From NCBI GenBank assembly GCA_039198765.1, contig JBCCTF010000001.1, positions 1 to 56,122 on the forward strand: 56,122 nucleotides of DNA. The letters are read 5' to 3'. Position numbers and translations under genes: made by a program. Shown one piece after another: positions 20,569 to 30,742 of this stretch. The DNA comes from Pseudomonadota bacterium (GTDB lineage: Bacteria; Pseudomonadota; Alphaproteobacteria; Caulobacterales; Parvularculaceae). Numbering within the stretch: the first letter of the stretch is position 1; every line of letters starts with the position of its first letter. Under the pieces are notes generated by a model. That model had not been told where the DNA came from. It saw only the letters and a program-made list of their open reading frames with translations, and did no database searches.

Positions 20569-23180
20569 GACACCACCACGTTGACGATGCGGCCCGGTAC
20601 AACGATCACCTTACGGACGGTTTTGCCTTCAACGAACCGCGCCACGTCCGCTTGCGCCAGCGCGATGTCTTGGACTTGGTCCTGCGGTGCGTCGGGCGCG
20701 ACTTGAATCTCACCGCGGCGCTTGCCGTTGACCTGCACCGGCAACGTCACCACATCATCCGTGAGCAGATCGTCTTCGACAACAGGCCAAGGCGCATCAC
20801 AGCACAGGCCTTCACCACCGAGCAATTCCCAGCATTCTTCGGCGAGGTGCGGCATGAACGGTGCAGTCAGCTGTGTCAGGGTACGGAGAGCTTCTGCCGC
20901 TACAGGCGCAGCATCGCCGTCCGCCTTCACACCCTTCAGTGTACCGAGGAATTCGTAAAGGCGCGCGATCGCTTTGTTGAAGCGGAAGCCCTCGATATCG
21001 CCCGTCACGCTGTCGATGGTCTTGTGCGCCTCCTTACGGATCGCCTTCAACGCATCGGGAAGTTCGTCCGGGATCGGAGTATCGGCAGCAAGCAGTCCTT
21101 CACCCTTGGCCACCGTCTCGTAAACACGGTTGGCGAAGCGCCACGCGCCCTCGACGCCGCTCTCAGTCCACTCCACATCACGCTCAGGCGGGCTGTCGGA
21201 AAGCATGAAAAAGCGTGCTGCATCAGCACCGTAAGCATCGGCGATCTTCTCAGGCGACACCACATTCTTCTTCGACTTCGACATCTTCTCGATGGCGCCG
21301 ATGGTGACGGGCGCGCCGTTACTGGTGGCCTTGCCGCCAGCCAGCTCGACCTGTTCAGGGAAGAGCCATTGTCCGTCTTCGTCTTGGAATGTCGCGTGAG
21401 TCACCATCCCCTGGGTGAAGAGGTTGGTGAAGGGTTCGTCGACGTCCGTGTACCCACAATCTTTCATGTTGCGCATGAAGTAGCGGGCGTAGAGGAGGTG
21501 GAGGATCGCGTGCTCGATCCCGCCGATATATTGCTGCACAGGCAGCCAAGCGTCGGCTTGCTCCGTGTCCACTGGTTTGTCGTCAGGCTGCGACGCAAAG
21601 CGGGCGAAGTACCAGGAGCTGTCGACGAACGTGTCCATGGTGTCGGTGTCGCGCTGCGCCGGGCCGCCGCATTTGGGGCAGGTACAAATGCGCCACTCAT
21701 CGGCACACGCACGATCGAGCGGGTTGCCAGGAGTCTTGAACTCCTCGGGCCCGACCTCAGGCAAGCGCACAGGCAGCTGGTCCTCAGGCACAGGAACCGC
21801 ACCGCAGGTTTCGCAGAGGATCACGGGTACTGGACAGCCCCAGTAACGCTGACGCGTCAGGCCCCAATCGCGCAGGCGATAATTTGTGGTGCCCTCCCCC
21901 CAACCCAACTCGGCGATCTTGGCGATCGCCGCCGGCAGAGCTTCATCCGTGGGCAGACCATCGAACGGACCTGAGTTGATCATCGTGCCGGGGCCAACAT
22001 ACGCCTCGGTCCGGCCATCATCCGTGGGATCGCTTTTCTGATCAGCAATTTTCAGATCGGTCTCGTGACCGTCTTTCGGCTTGATCACGGGCTTCACCGC
22101 GAGGCCGTATTTCCGAGCGAAATCAAGGTCGCGCTGGTCGTGCGCGGGGCAGGCGAAGATCGCGCCCGTGCCATACTGCATCAGGATGAAGTTGGCGATG
22201 TAGACAGGTAGCTCTTCATCCGTAAGCGGATGACGTCCCATCACTGGCAGCGCAAAACCCTTCTTCTCCGCCTTCTCGATGTCAGCTTCGGACGTACCGA
22301 GGGCCTGGCACTCTGAAATGAAGTCAGCGACAGCATGGTCCTTTGCGGCATAATGCTTCGCAAGCGGATGATCGGGCGCAATGCCCAGGAATGATGCGCC
22401 GTAGAGGGTATCAGGGCGGGTGGTATAGATCGGCAGGCCCTGGTGCTCCGCAGGCAGATCCTCTCCGGACAAGGGGAAGGTCATGGTCAGCCCCTCGGAC
22501 CGACCGATCCAGTTCCGCTGCATCTCCTTCACGTGGGCAGGCCACCCGGCGAGGCGGCCATCGTCCAGCGCCTCCAAGAGATCGTCCGCACGCTCCGTAA
22601 TTTTGAAAAACCACGTGGACATCGACTTGCGCTCAACCGGCGCTCCGGAGCGCCAGCCTTTGCCGTCGATGACCTGCTCGTTCGCGAGCACGGTCATCTC
22701 AACGGGGTCCCAGTTCACCAGGCTCTCGCGACGCTCCACAAAGCCCTTCTTCCAGAACTCCAGGAACATCTTTTGTTGGTGCACGTAGTATTCAGGATCG
22801 CAGGTCGCGAACTCCCGCGTCCAGTCGATGGCGAGCCCCATGCGCTTCAGCTGTCCGCGCATCACCTCGATATTGCCGTAGGTCCACTCGCGCGGATGCC
22901 CGCCATTGTCGCGCGCCGCATTCTCCGCAGGCAGACCAAATGCGTCCCAGCCCATCGGGTGAAGCACGTCGAACCCTTGTGCACGTTTGAAGCGCGCGAT
23001 CACGTCACCCATGGCGTAGTTGCGCACGTGGCCAATGTGGATCTTGCCCGACGGATACGGGAACATCTCGAGGACGTAGTATTTCGGCTTGGATGGATCC
23101 TTGTCCGCCTCAAAGCACCGGGCGTCGTCCCAGCGTTGTTGCCATTTGGGTTCCGCCGATGCGGGATTGTACCGGGCCAT
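20565..23180 (-). CDS. leuS: Leucine--tRNA ligase
   Basis: [13 protein letters not shown] (HIGH), KMSKS, editing domain TTRPDT. Confidence 0.98.
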   Translation of the reverse strand: MARYNPASAEPKWQQRWDDARCFEADKDPSKPKYYVLEMFPYPSGKIHIGHVRNYAMGDVIARFKRAQGFDVLHPMGWDAFGLPAENAARDNGGHPREWTYGNIEVMRGQLKRMGLAIDWTREFATCDPEYYVHQQKMFLEFWKKGFVERRESLVNWDPVEMTVLANEQVIDGKGWRSGAPVERKSMSTWFFKITERADDLLEALDDGRLAGWPAHVKEMQRNWIGRSEGLTMTFPLSGEDLPAEHQGLPIYTTRPDTLYGASFLGIAPDHPLAKHYAAKDHAVADFISECQALGTSEADIEKAEKKGFALPVMGRHPLTDEELPVYIANFILMQYGTGAIFACPAHDQRDLDFARKYGLAVKPVIKPKDGHETDLKIADQKSDPTDDGRTEAYVGPGTMINSGPFDGLPTDEALPAAIAKIAELGWGEGTTNYRLRDWGLTRQRYWGCPVPVILCETCGAVPVPEDQLPVRLPEVGPEEFKTPGNPLDRACADEWRICTCPKCGGPAQRDTDTMDTFVDSSWYFARFASQPDDKPVDTEQADAWLPVQQYIGGIEHAILHLLYARYFMRNMKDCGYTDVDEPFTNLFTQGMVTHATFQDEDGQWLFPEQVELAGGKATSNGAPVTIGAIEKMSKSKKNVVSPEKIADAYGADAARFFMLSDSPPERDVEWTESGVEGAWRFANRVYETVAKGEGLLAADTPIPDELPDALKAIRKEAHKTIDSVTGDIEGFRFNKAIARLYEFLGTLKGVKADGDAAPVAAEALRTLTQLTAPFMPHLAEECWELLGGEGLCCDAPWPVVEDDLLTDDVVTLPVQVNGKRRGEIQVAPDAPQDQVQDIALAQADVARFVEGKTVRKVIVVPGRIVNVVVS

Positions 23181-23258
23181 TCGGTGTCACTGCCTTCAAG
23201 AGAATAAGATGCGCACGGGGGTTCATGCTGCGGTTGCAGCTTAAGGTAAACGGGGGAG

Positions 23259-23283
23259 AAAAAAAGCCGGTAGGGGCGCCGGC
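23259..23283 (-). terminator. Probable intrinsic terminator after the DUF3576 gene
   Basis: Minus strand GCCGG-CGCCCCUA-CCGGC-UUUUUUU right after the stop codon. Confidence 0.6.
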
Positions 23284-23284
23284 A

Positions 23285-23731
23285 TTAGCCGAGGGAGTTG
23301 AGCCGAAGCTCCCGCGCACGGGTCAGGATGGCGTTTTCGACTTCACGTGCGGTGTTCGGGTTCACCGGGGCATCGACCCACTCACCCGTCGGAGCTTGCA
23401 TCTGCTTGAACACGCGAACGCGAAGCGCATCAGCCCGAAGCGCGGAGTCGAGGATCAGCACGTTAGCACGAAAACGCTCGTTCGGCGCGGCAGCCGAGGC
23501 ATGCCAATCGGTGATGATCACGCCGCCCACAGGATCGACGTTCTCAATCGGCATAAAATCGATGGTTTCGAGGGATGCTGCCCACAAATAACGGTTCACC
23601 GACGACGAACTTTGTGTCGTCGTGGTGGATTCGAGCCTACTGGATGAACCAGAGTTTGCGCACGCAGCAAGGATCGCCGCCAAGGCAGCGGTGCCGAAGA
23701 TCTTGATCAAGCGGACTGTTTCAGCGCGCAT
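23285..23731 (-). CDS. DUF3576 family lipoprotein
   Basis: LAAC lipobox; VNRYLWAASLETIDFMP, GGVIITDW, ENAILTRARELR; usual position upstream of leuS; start uncertain. Confidence 0.85.
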   Translation of the reverse strand: MRAETVRLIKIFGTAALAAILAACANSGSSSRLESTTTTQSSSSVNRYLWAASLETIDFMPIENVDPVGGVIITDWHASAAAPNERFRANVLILDSALRADALRVRVFKQMQAPTGEWVDAPVNPNTAREVENAILTRARELRLNSLG

Positions 23732-23924
23732 GCGGGTGCCAATCGAAGTCGTCGTCTTAAGTAACATCGGGGCGTGGTGTTTCAAACCCCTTACGGCGTC
23801 AAGGGTTGCCGAGAAGCCTCACCATCTTGCAATTCTGCACATTGCCAAAACCTATAGCCCCTGACCCCTTTCGTTTAACCTTTTCATAGCGCAAGTAGAC
23901 GTTCGGAACCCTGGAGGCGCGCTC

Positions 23925-25157
23925 GTGCGCACGCTGTTCATCATCACAGCCTTAACGGCTGCGTCCACTGCATGGGCGCAGGACGAAGAGCTTGTGGTTG
24001 AAGGCGACGTGGTTCTAACCTCTGGCATCACCGAAGAAGACGGAGAGGCAGACGTTGATGCGCGCCTTCGCGTCACAGGCACAACGCTCGCCATTCCTGG
24101 GCTTGAGCTCGGTGCATCAGGCGGTTTGCAGATCGATGGCGACCGGTTCGATCGCCGCGCGGCTGGTGGGCGCTACTCCTCGCTCACACTGGGTGGGAAC
24201 CGCGGAGTTGGCACGCAAAGCAGCGACCTTTTCATCGACCGCGCCTACGTTTTTGCCCGCGGCGGCTTTGGCAGCCTGTCCGTCGGCGCGCAGGAAGGCG
24301 TGGCTTCTCAGCTTGCCGTTGCCTCACCGAACATCTTCCGCGCCCTGGGCGTGAACGACTGGCGCGCAGACCCCTCTGGCCTGAACGACGTCAACACAAT
24401 CAACGACTTCTCGGGCGTTTCACCAAAAATCAACTACATGCCGCCTCCTGGGTTCCTCGGCGGGTTGGTGGGCAACGTTCAGATGGGCGTCTCCTATGCC
24501 CCTGAACTGGCCAGCTGCGGCGAGACAAACTGCCAGCCGGCTGACGGCGGCAATTTCCGCGTCGATCCCGACGGGAACGTGATCCCGCAAGACCAACGGT
24601 GGCGCGATGTGTCTGAGGCGGCACTTTACTACCAGAACGGGTTCACGCTCGGCCGCGACCAACTCGTCTTCGGCCTCGGCGCAAGCTTTGTGCAGGCTCA
24701 GGAAGAGCAGCTGGGCACAGCGGTGGAAGAGGAATTCCTTGAGGATTATCAAGCCCTCGCGCTCGGTCTCAACCTCGCTTACGGCGACCTCACCTTCGGC
24801 GGCTCCGTCAAAACGACCAATACGGGCATCGACAGCGCTGCGGCTGGACCGAGCGACTACCTCGCGTTCGATGCCGGCGTGACCTACACCGCAGGCGACT
24901 GGCGCATGATGCTCGGCTACGGCCAAGCGGACGCAGAACGCGACGCGAGCCTCCTGATCGGCCCGCAGATTGACGTCACTCTGCCGTTTGCTCTCGATCG
25001 CCGGACACAGACGGCGCAGGCGGGCATCGCTTATGTCATTGGCCGCGGCGTGTCGGTTGGCGCTGCTGCTCAGTTTGTGGACAGCGATAAGCCGGACATG
25101 CTCGGCGGGGACGAAGACACCACGGCTGTGATGATCGAGAGCTCGATCCGCTTCTAA
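23925..25157 (+). CDS. Gram-negative porin
   Basis: Signal peptide, GGFGSLSVG, KINYMPP, QMGVSYAP, amphipathic strands, C-terminal Phe; GGAGG SD. Confidence 0.85.
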   Translation: MRTLFIITALTAASTAWAQDEELVVEGDVVLTSGITEEDGEADVDARLRVTGTTLAIPGLELGASGGLQIDGDRFDRRAAGGRYSSLTLGGNRGVGTQSSDLFIDRAYVFARGGFGSLSVGAQEGVASQLAVASPNIFRALGVNDWRADPSGLNDVNTINDFSGVSPKINYMPPPGFLGGLVGNVQMGVSYAPELASCGETNCQPADGGNFRVDPDGNVIPQDQRWRDVSEAALYYQNGFTLGRDQLVFGLGASFVQAQEEQLGTAVEEEFLEDYQALALGLNLAYGDLTFGGSVKTTNTGIDSAAAGPSDYLAFDAGVTYTAGDWRMMLGYGQADAERDASLLIGPQIDVTLPFALDRRTQTAQAGIAYVIGRGVSVGAAAQFVDSDKPDMLGGDEDTTAVMIESSIRF

Positions 25158-25759
25158 CCAGCGAACGCTCCAATAGCTCCAAACCCCTGAAACGGCGTGC
25201 CTTCAAGCGCTTCAGCCGAGTGCTCGTCCATGCCGCCCAGCGCGAAGATCGGAACCGGGCACGCCTGCGCCAAAGCGACGGCACGGCCGCGAGATAGAGG
25301 CTTCTGATCAGGATGGCTCGCCGTGCCGTTGATCGGGGATAGAAAGAGAGCATCGGCACCTTCGGCAACGGCCTCGATCACCTCATCCTCATTATGGACC
25401 GGCATCGTTTTGAGACCGGAACCACTCGGAAACGCGTGGTGCCCGTTTGCTCCGCGCATCTCCGCCCGCGCCATAAGAAAGAGATGCCCGCGCTCCTGAA
25501 CACACGTCATCACATGCTGCGCCAGCGCCATCCGCTCGGCTTCAGGCAAATGGTCATGCCGAAAAATCACCGCCACTGGGGGGATGTCGGTGGGCAACTG
25601 GACAGCGATCTCGTCAATCGGATCCATCCTAGAGGCATCGCTGAACAGCGCGAGAGCGAATGGGAGCGCGCTCGGCTTCGGCGCGGCCTCGCGCAGCGAC
25701 CAAGCTGCGCGGCTGAGTGCGATGACACGGGAGGAAAAGTCTGCCACGGGCGTCTCCAT
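25154..25759 (-). CDS. Thiamine phosphate synthase-like (TenI/ThiE family) protein
   Basis: AVIFRH, PVHN..E, ADALFLSPI..TASHP, PIFALGGM; start uncertain. Confidence 0.8.
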   Translation of the reverse strand: METPVADFSSRVIALSRAAWSLREAAPKPSALPFALALFSDASRMDPIDEIAVQLPTDIPPVAVIFRHDHLPEAERMALAQHVMTCVQERGHLFLMARAEMRGANGHHAFPSGSGLKTMPVHNEDEVIEAVAEGADALFLSPINGTASHPDQKPLSRGRAVALAQACPVPIFALGGMDEHSAEALEGTPFQGFGAIGAFAG

Positions 25760-26429
25760 GGACTCATCTAGCTTGATCCGCAACCGAAACGATGTCGTCG
25801 AAGCCATCGCTAAGGCCGCCAAGGAAGCAGGGCGCGCCCCGCAAGACGTTACCCTGACCGCGGTTTCCAAGACGTTTGACGCGGAGACAATCCGCCCTCT
25901 TTTGGAGGCGGGGCACCGCGTCTTTGGAGAAAATCGTGTCCAAGAAGCGCAAGGCAAATGGCCGGCGCTCAAGGAAGCGTTCCCTGACACTCAACTGCGC
26001 CTCATAGGCCCGCTGCAGTCGAACAAAGCCAAGGACGCCGTCGCTCTCTTCGACGTCATCGAAACAGTCGATCGCCCCAAAATTGCTGCCGCCCTCGCCA
26101 AGGAAATGGCCAACCAGAGCAAGCCGTTGCCCGTTTACATCCAGGTGAACACAGGCGAGGAACCGCAAAAAGTAGGCGTCACACCAGCGGAAACTCTTGA
26201 TTTTGTTGAGATCTGCCGAACCGCTCATGGCCTCGACGTCCACGGCCTGATGGCAATCCCGCCAGCCGGAGAACCGCCCGCGCCGCACTTTGCCCTCCTC
26301 GCCAAACTCGCAAACGCCGCGGGCCTGCCGAAGCTCAGCATGGGGATGTCAGGAGACTACGAAGCCGCGGTCTCCCTGGGGGCCACCCATGTGCGCGTTG
26401 GCAGTGGGATTTTCGGTATGAGAAATTAA
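25758..26429 (+). CDS. yggS: PLP homeostasis protein YggS/PROSC
   Basis: LTAVSKT, FGENRVQE, IGPLQSNK, LSMGMSGDY, HVRVGSGIFG. Confidence 0.95.
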   Translation: MDSSSLIRNRNDVVEAIAKAAKEAGRAPQDVTLTAVSKTFDAETIRPLLEAGHRVFGENRVQEAQGKWPALKEAFPDTQLRLIGPLQSNKAKDAVALFDVIETVDRPKIAAALAKEMANQSKPLPVYIQVNTGEEPQKVGVTPAETLDFVEICRTAHGLDVHGLMAIPPAGEPPAPHFALLAKLANAAGLPKLSMGMSGDYEAAVSLGATHVRVGSGIFGMRN

Positions 26430-26729
26430 ATTCAAACGGTTGCAAACGGACTTTAGTTCCGAGATCATCGAAATATTATGCGTATTTCATCCTTCGGTCG
26501 GGAACGATTCCGATTCGGAGCGTGTTTTATAGACAAGGGTTCGTGAGGACTGGCAGCGACTCAGGAGTGGTTGCACCAACCCATCGTCACCGAATGCGGT
26601 GCGCGGCCTGGCGTATGAACCGTTCCTGCTCATCGCGGATCGGTTCGACTCAATGAGTTCAAATGATTGATCGACAGCAGTTTTCTGCCGTCCGTCTATC
26701 GGCCCTAAGAGGGCCGGAACCGCGAGGTA

Positions 26730-27497
26730 ATGATGTCGAGAGCTACCAAAGTTCTCCTGGTTGAGGACAACGAGCTTCTTGCCGATGTTTTGGCCGAGCA
26801 ATTCGCTGCCCACAGCGAGTTTCAGCTAAGCATCGCCCGAAACGGTGCTGCCGCACTCGAGCACCTGAAAGACCAGCAGCACATCGATCTCGTCCTGCTG
26901 GACATAGGGCTGCCCGACTACGACGGGCGCGACCTCTGCAGGAAGCTGCGCGAGGGCGGCTTCAAGTCTCCAATCGTGATGCTCACAGGCCGTGACAGCG
27001 ACGATGACCAGATCAACGGTCTTGAAGCGGGCGCAAATGACTACGTCACGAAGCCATTCAAGTTTGCGGTCCTTCTCGCGCGCCTGCGGGCGCATATGCG
27101 CAGCCATGAGCAGTCTGAGGACGCCGTCTTCAAGATTGGTCCTTACGCCTTCAAACCTGCCGTGAAGATGCTGATCGATCGCGACGACCGGCGGATCAAG
27201 CTGACCGAGAAAGAAAGCTCGATCCTCAAGTACCTCTATCGTGCAGGCGGACGCCCGGTCAGCCGCGATACCCTTCTGAACGAGGTGTGGGGGTACAATT
27301 CTGGCGTGACGACACACACGCTGGAAACGCATGTCTACCGTCTTCGCCAAAAAATCGAGCCGCAGCCCGGTGCCAATGCACTCCTGCTGACAGAAAGCGG
27401 AGGCTACCGCTTGGCGCTTGAAGACGAGATTTCGCCGACGCCATCGACAAGCGCCGCCATGACAACTGCGGAAGCCGCGCTGGATAGCGCTCACTAA
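26730..27497 (+). CDS. cenR: OmpR-family cell-envelope response regulator CenR
   Basis: Receiver plus winged helix; RSHEQSEDAVFKIGPY, LTEKESSILKYLYRAG and VWGYNSGVTTHTLETHVYRLRQKIE match Caulobacter CenR as I recall it. Confidence 0.85.
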   Translation: MMSRATKVLLVEDNELLADVLAEQFAAHSEFQLSIARNGAAALEHLKDQQHIDLVLLDIGLPDYDGRDLCRKLREGGFKSPIVMLTGRDSDDDQINGLEAGANDYVTKPFKFAVLLARLRAHMRSHEQSEDAVFKIGPYAFKPAVKMLIDRDDRRIKLTEKESSILKYLYRAGGRPVSRDTLLNEVWGYNSGVTTHTLETHVYRLRQKIEPQPGANALLLTESGGYRLALEDEISPTPSTSAAMTTAEAALDSAH

Positions 27498-27597
27498 CCG
27501 ACCGTCGATCTGTGAAACACACATCACCGCCCGATCCGAGGCGGTGCGTCCTCTGATCCTCACCTAAGGCACCTCCGCGGGTGAGGAGGCCGTCGCG

Positions 27598-28365
27598 ATG
27601 ACCAATCAACAAGCCAAAGCAGAAACGTTCCGTAGACTGCATATTGCCTGCAATCCGCTCATCCTGACCAACGTGTGGGACGCAGGCAGCGCCCTCGCCG
27701 TTGCCAAAGCAGGTGCACCGGCCATTGCCACGGGCAGCGCAAGCGTTGCGGGCGCCCAAGGATACGACGACGGCGAGGACCTACCGTTTGATCGGCTGGT
27801 CGATGTCGTCCAGGCAATTGTTCATGTTGTTGATCAGCCGCTTTCTGTCGATATCGAAACAGGGTATGCGGATGATCTTGAAAGCCTCGCTGAGAATGTC
27901 GGGCAAATCATCGAGGCGGGTGCGATCGGCATCAACATCGAGGATCGCCGAATTGATACTGCCGCGCTGAGGCCAGTCGACGAACACGCCGCACGGATAC
28001 GGGCGGTGAGGGCGAAGGCAGATGCACTCGGCATGAATCTCTTCATCAACGCCCGCACAGACGTTTTTCTGAACGAGCCAGATGCATCAAAACACGCTTC
28101 AGACTTATCAGAGGCTCAAGAGCGCGAAGCCGCTTATGCAGAAGCGGGCGCGAGCGGTTTCTTTGTTCCGGGATTAGCGGATCATCATCTCATCCGTGAA
28201 CTGACAAGCAACTGCAAACTCCCCATCAATGTGATGGACATGGGCAATCCCGTCGAACCCCAACCATTGGCGGAACTGGGGGTCGCACGGATCAGTGCAG
28301 GGCCAGCGCCCTTCCGCCGCGCGTTGGGTGCGCTTAGGCAAGAAGCGGCGGCCGCATTGGGTTAG
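27598..28365 (+). CDS. Isocitrate lyase/PEP mutase family protein
   Basis: NVWDAGSA, ATGSASVA, SVDIETGY, INIED, INARTD, AGASGFFVPG. Confidence 0.9.
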   Translation: MTNQQAKAETFRRLHIACNPLILTNVWDAGSALAVAKAGAPAIATGSASVAGAQGYDDGEDLPFDRLVDVVQAIVHVVDQPLSVDIETGYADDLESLAENVGQIIEAGAIGINIEDRRIDTAALRPVDEHAARIRAVRAKADALGMNLFINARTDVFLNEPDASKHASDLSEAQEREAAYAEAGASGFFVPGLADHHLIRELTSNCKLPINVMDMGNPVEPQPLAELGVARISAGPAPFRRALGALRQEAAAALG

Positions 28366-29840
28366 TCAGCCTGCGTCCTATGCTCCGCAACGAAAGGCAC
28401 GTCCGATGATTTGATGTGCAGGTCGCGTTGCGGGAACGGAATCTCGATCCCCTCTTCCTGGAACGCATCCCAGATTTTCATCAGGACGGCGGAGCGGACG
28501 TTCGAAATCCCGTTGGGCGGGTCGATGATCCAGAAGCGGAGATCGAAGTTCACGGAATTGTCCCCGAACTCCATCAGGTTACAGACAGGCGGCTTTCCGG
28601 CTTGGACACGCTCGGTCGACTTCGCTGCTTCGATGGCGATGTCTTGGACACGCCGCAGGTCTTTTGTTCCGTAGGCCACGCCGAAGGGAGCATGCACGCG
28701 GACCAATTGATCCTTATGCGACCAATTCACAACGCCCTCTTCGATGAAGGTGGAGTTGGGGATGAGGTGCTCCGTCCCGTCACGCGTGCGGATCGAAACG
28801 TAGCGGGATTTCATGTCGGTCACCCAACCAAAGGTGTCATCCACCTGGATCGTGTCACCAGGCTTGATCGACCGGTCAGCTAGAAGCGTAAAGCCTGCGA
28901 GGAAATTGCCGATGATCTTCTGAAGGCCCAGGCCAATGCCAAGGCCGATCGCACCGGAGAAAATGGCCAAACTCGCGAGGTTGAAACCAATAAACTGCAG
29001 CGCCAGCAGCAGCGCGATAATCGGCATCACGAAGTTGATGATCTTCGCAATCAGCGCTTTCAGAGAGGCATTGATTTCGTCCGTCTGCTGAACCTGCCCC
29101 ACCACCACGGAGGAGAACACGCCGGCCAACTGCATGAAGATCGCAAAAATAATCCCCGCACGGAGGACATCGTAGAGCGTCAGCGCAACCGCAGGGTCCG
29201 TCGCGGTCTCCGGAGAGATGACGAGACTGACGTCGCGCATCCATTGGAACACACCGCCGAGGAGGCCAAAACTATCCAGCACCGCGATCGGCCAGACGAC
29301 ATAGAACGCGACCCGCGACCAGAACGGCGAGCGAATAGCCAGGGTGACCAAGCGGACGACGATCCACGCAGCGAGAAGTGACTGAGCCGCATCAACGAAC
29401 TGGGCCTGCTGACCCATCCCGTCACCGAGGATCGCGCTGAACAGCGTGAGGGCGAAGAACGCAGCAATGGGCGTGGCCAGGGTCGCAATCGCATCACAAA
29501 CCCGCTGCAGAATGCCCTTCGGCGCCCGCTTGCGCAGATGGCGCTGGACGAATTCCTTCAGCCGAGGCCCGAACAGGACCGCGGGAACCAGCGCGCCGAA
29601 GACCAGCGCCAACTGGATAGCCGAGTTGATCGTGAGAAGTTCCGTCCGGCTCCAAATGGTGACCTTCGCCAGCATCTCGCGCAGAGTGTCGGTGTCGACC
29701 AGCTCGGCCAGCGCAGAAGACTCTGAAGCCAGGTCGTCCTGAACCGCCTCCACCGCTTCGGCGACGGCCTCGCCAGTGGTCTGGTCATCCGGGGCTGGTT
29801 CATTCTCGGTGGGCGTTTGCTCTTGCACGAGGGTCCCCAT
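28362..29840 (-). CDS. MscS-family mechanosensitive channel with extended TM N-terminus
   Basis: GIGLGLQKIIGNFLAG, IKPGDTI, IPNS, FGDNSVNFDLRFW, IEIPFPQRDLH. Confidence 0.93.
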   Translation of the reverse strand: MGTLVQEQTPTENEPAPDDQTTGEAVAEAVEAVQDDLASESSALAELVDTDTLREMLAKVTIWSRTELLTINSAIQLALVFGALVPAVLFGPRLKEFVQRHLRKRAPKGILQRVCDAIATLATPIAAFFALTLFSAILGDGMGQQAQFVDAAQSLLAAWIVVRLVTLAIRSPFWSRVAFYVVWPIAVLDSFGLLGGVFQWMRDVSLVISPETATDPAVALTLYDVLRAGIIFAIFMQLAGVFSSVVVGQVQQTDEINASLKALIAKIINFVMPIIALLLALQFIGFNLASLAIFSGAIGLGIGLGLQKIIGNFLAGFTLLADRSIKPGDTIQVDDTFGWVTDMKSRYVSIRTRDGTEHLIPNSTFIEEGVVNWSHKDQLVRVHAPFGVAYGTKDLRRVQDIAIEAAKSTERVQAGKPPVCNLMEFGDNSVNFDLRFWIIDPPNGISNVRSAVLMKIWDAFQEEGIEIPFPQRDLHIKSSDVPFVAEHRTQAD

Positions 29841-29967
29841 GGGTCGTCGGAACAAGATCTCGCGTTAACGCGCGCTGCTGAAAAGACAAAGGGCGCCCCT
29901 CGCTCAAGTGCCGCACGACAGGCATCAGGCGTTGCGGTAGAGCATAGCCCTACCGAGGAGATCAGCC

Positions 29968-30711
29968 GTGCATGCCATCCGTTCCGCTGCTTTGATCATT
30001 GCTGCTGTGCTGCAGATCGTCTTTGCGATCGCGCCGTCGCTGGTGGGGATCGAAGGTTCTATAGGCGAAACGGCTGAACGGAACCGGACGATCTTGGTCC
30101 CGGCGGGGTACGCGTTCTCGATCTGGCTGATCCTCTATATCGGCGGCATCTATGTCGCGCTCTGGCATGCGTTCAGACCCCGTAATCCCGTGGTGCATCG
30201 GGCGGGATGGCTGGCCATACTGGCGTTCAGCGGTAATGCCGTGTGGGCGCTGCACCAGCCAGTGTTCGGTCCCGGCTTAATGAGCTTCGTCATCCTGGAG
30301 TGCATTCTGGTCTTCGCGATCTGGGCCGGCGCGGCTGGGCGGGCCGAGCTCGAACCGAGCGCCTCAAACCGCACGGCTTACGGCTTCCTCCTCGCGCTTG
30401 GCGGTTGGATCACTGTGGCTTCGCCCGCGGGTCTCTCACTGGCCTTCGGGCAGGCAGGCATGTGGCCCCTCTTCGGTGATGAGCAGGCGGCGGCGCTCAT
30501 CATTCTCGGCATTTGGGCTTTGATCGCTCTGGCCCTTGCCTTCCGGTTGGCGGCGCTCGCTTACATCATCCCGATCGTGTGGGGCCTCTACGCCGTGATC
30601 GTCATGAACCAGGAGCGTCCCACGCTCACCATGACAATCACGGGGCTGTGTTTGGTTTTTCCTATCGTGACCCTCGCGGGAAAATGGGCGCGCCGCCCTG
30701 CAGCAGCATGA
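29968..30711 (+). CDS. Multi-pass membrane protein (TspO/tryptophan-rich sensory protein-related)
   Basis: PAGYAFSIW motif, GWITVAS, about 8 TM helices. Confidence 0.7.
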   Translation: MHAIRSAALIIAAVLQIVFAIAPSLVGIEGSIGETAERNRTILVPAGYAFSIWLILYIGGIYVALWHAFRPRNPVVHRAGWLAILAFSGNAVWALHQPVFGPGLMSFVILECILVFAIWAGAAGRAELEPSASNRTAYGFLLALGGWITVASPAGLSLAFGQAGMWPLFGDEQAAALIILGIWALIALALAFRLAALAYIIPIVWGLYAVIVMNQERPTLTMTITGLCLVFPIVTLAGKWARRPAAA

Positions 30712-30742
30712 CAATGCGCGGCCTTTGCGTTATGCGCCGCCG

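Noticed and set aside
20652-21974. 440-aa antisense ORF over leuS
   Set aside because: Antisense shadow typical of high-GC codon bias
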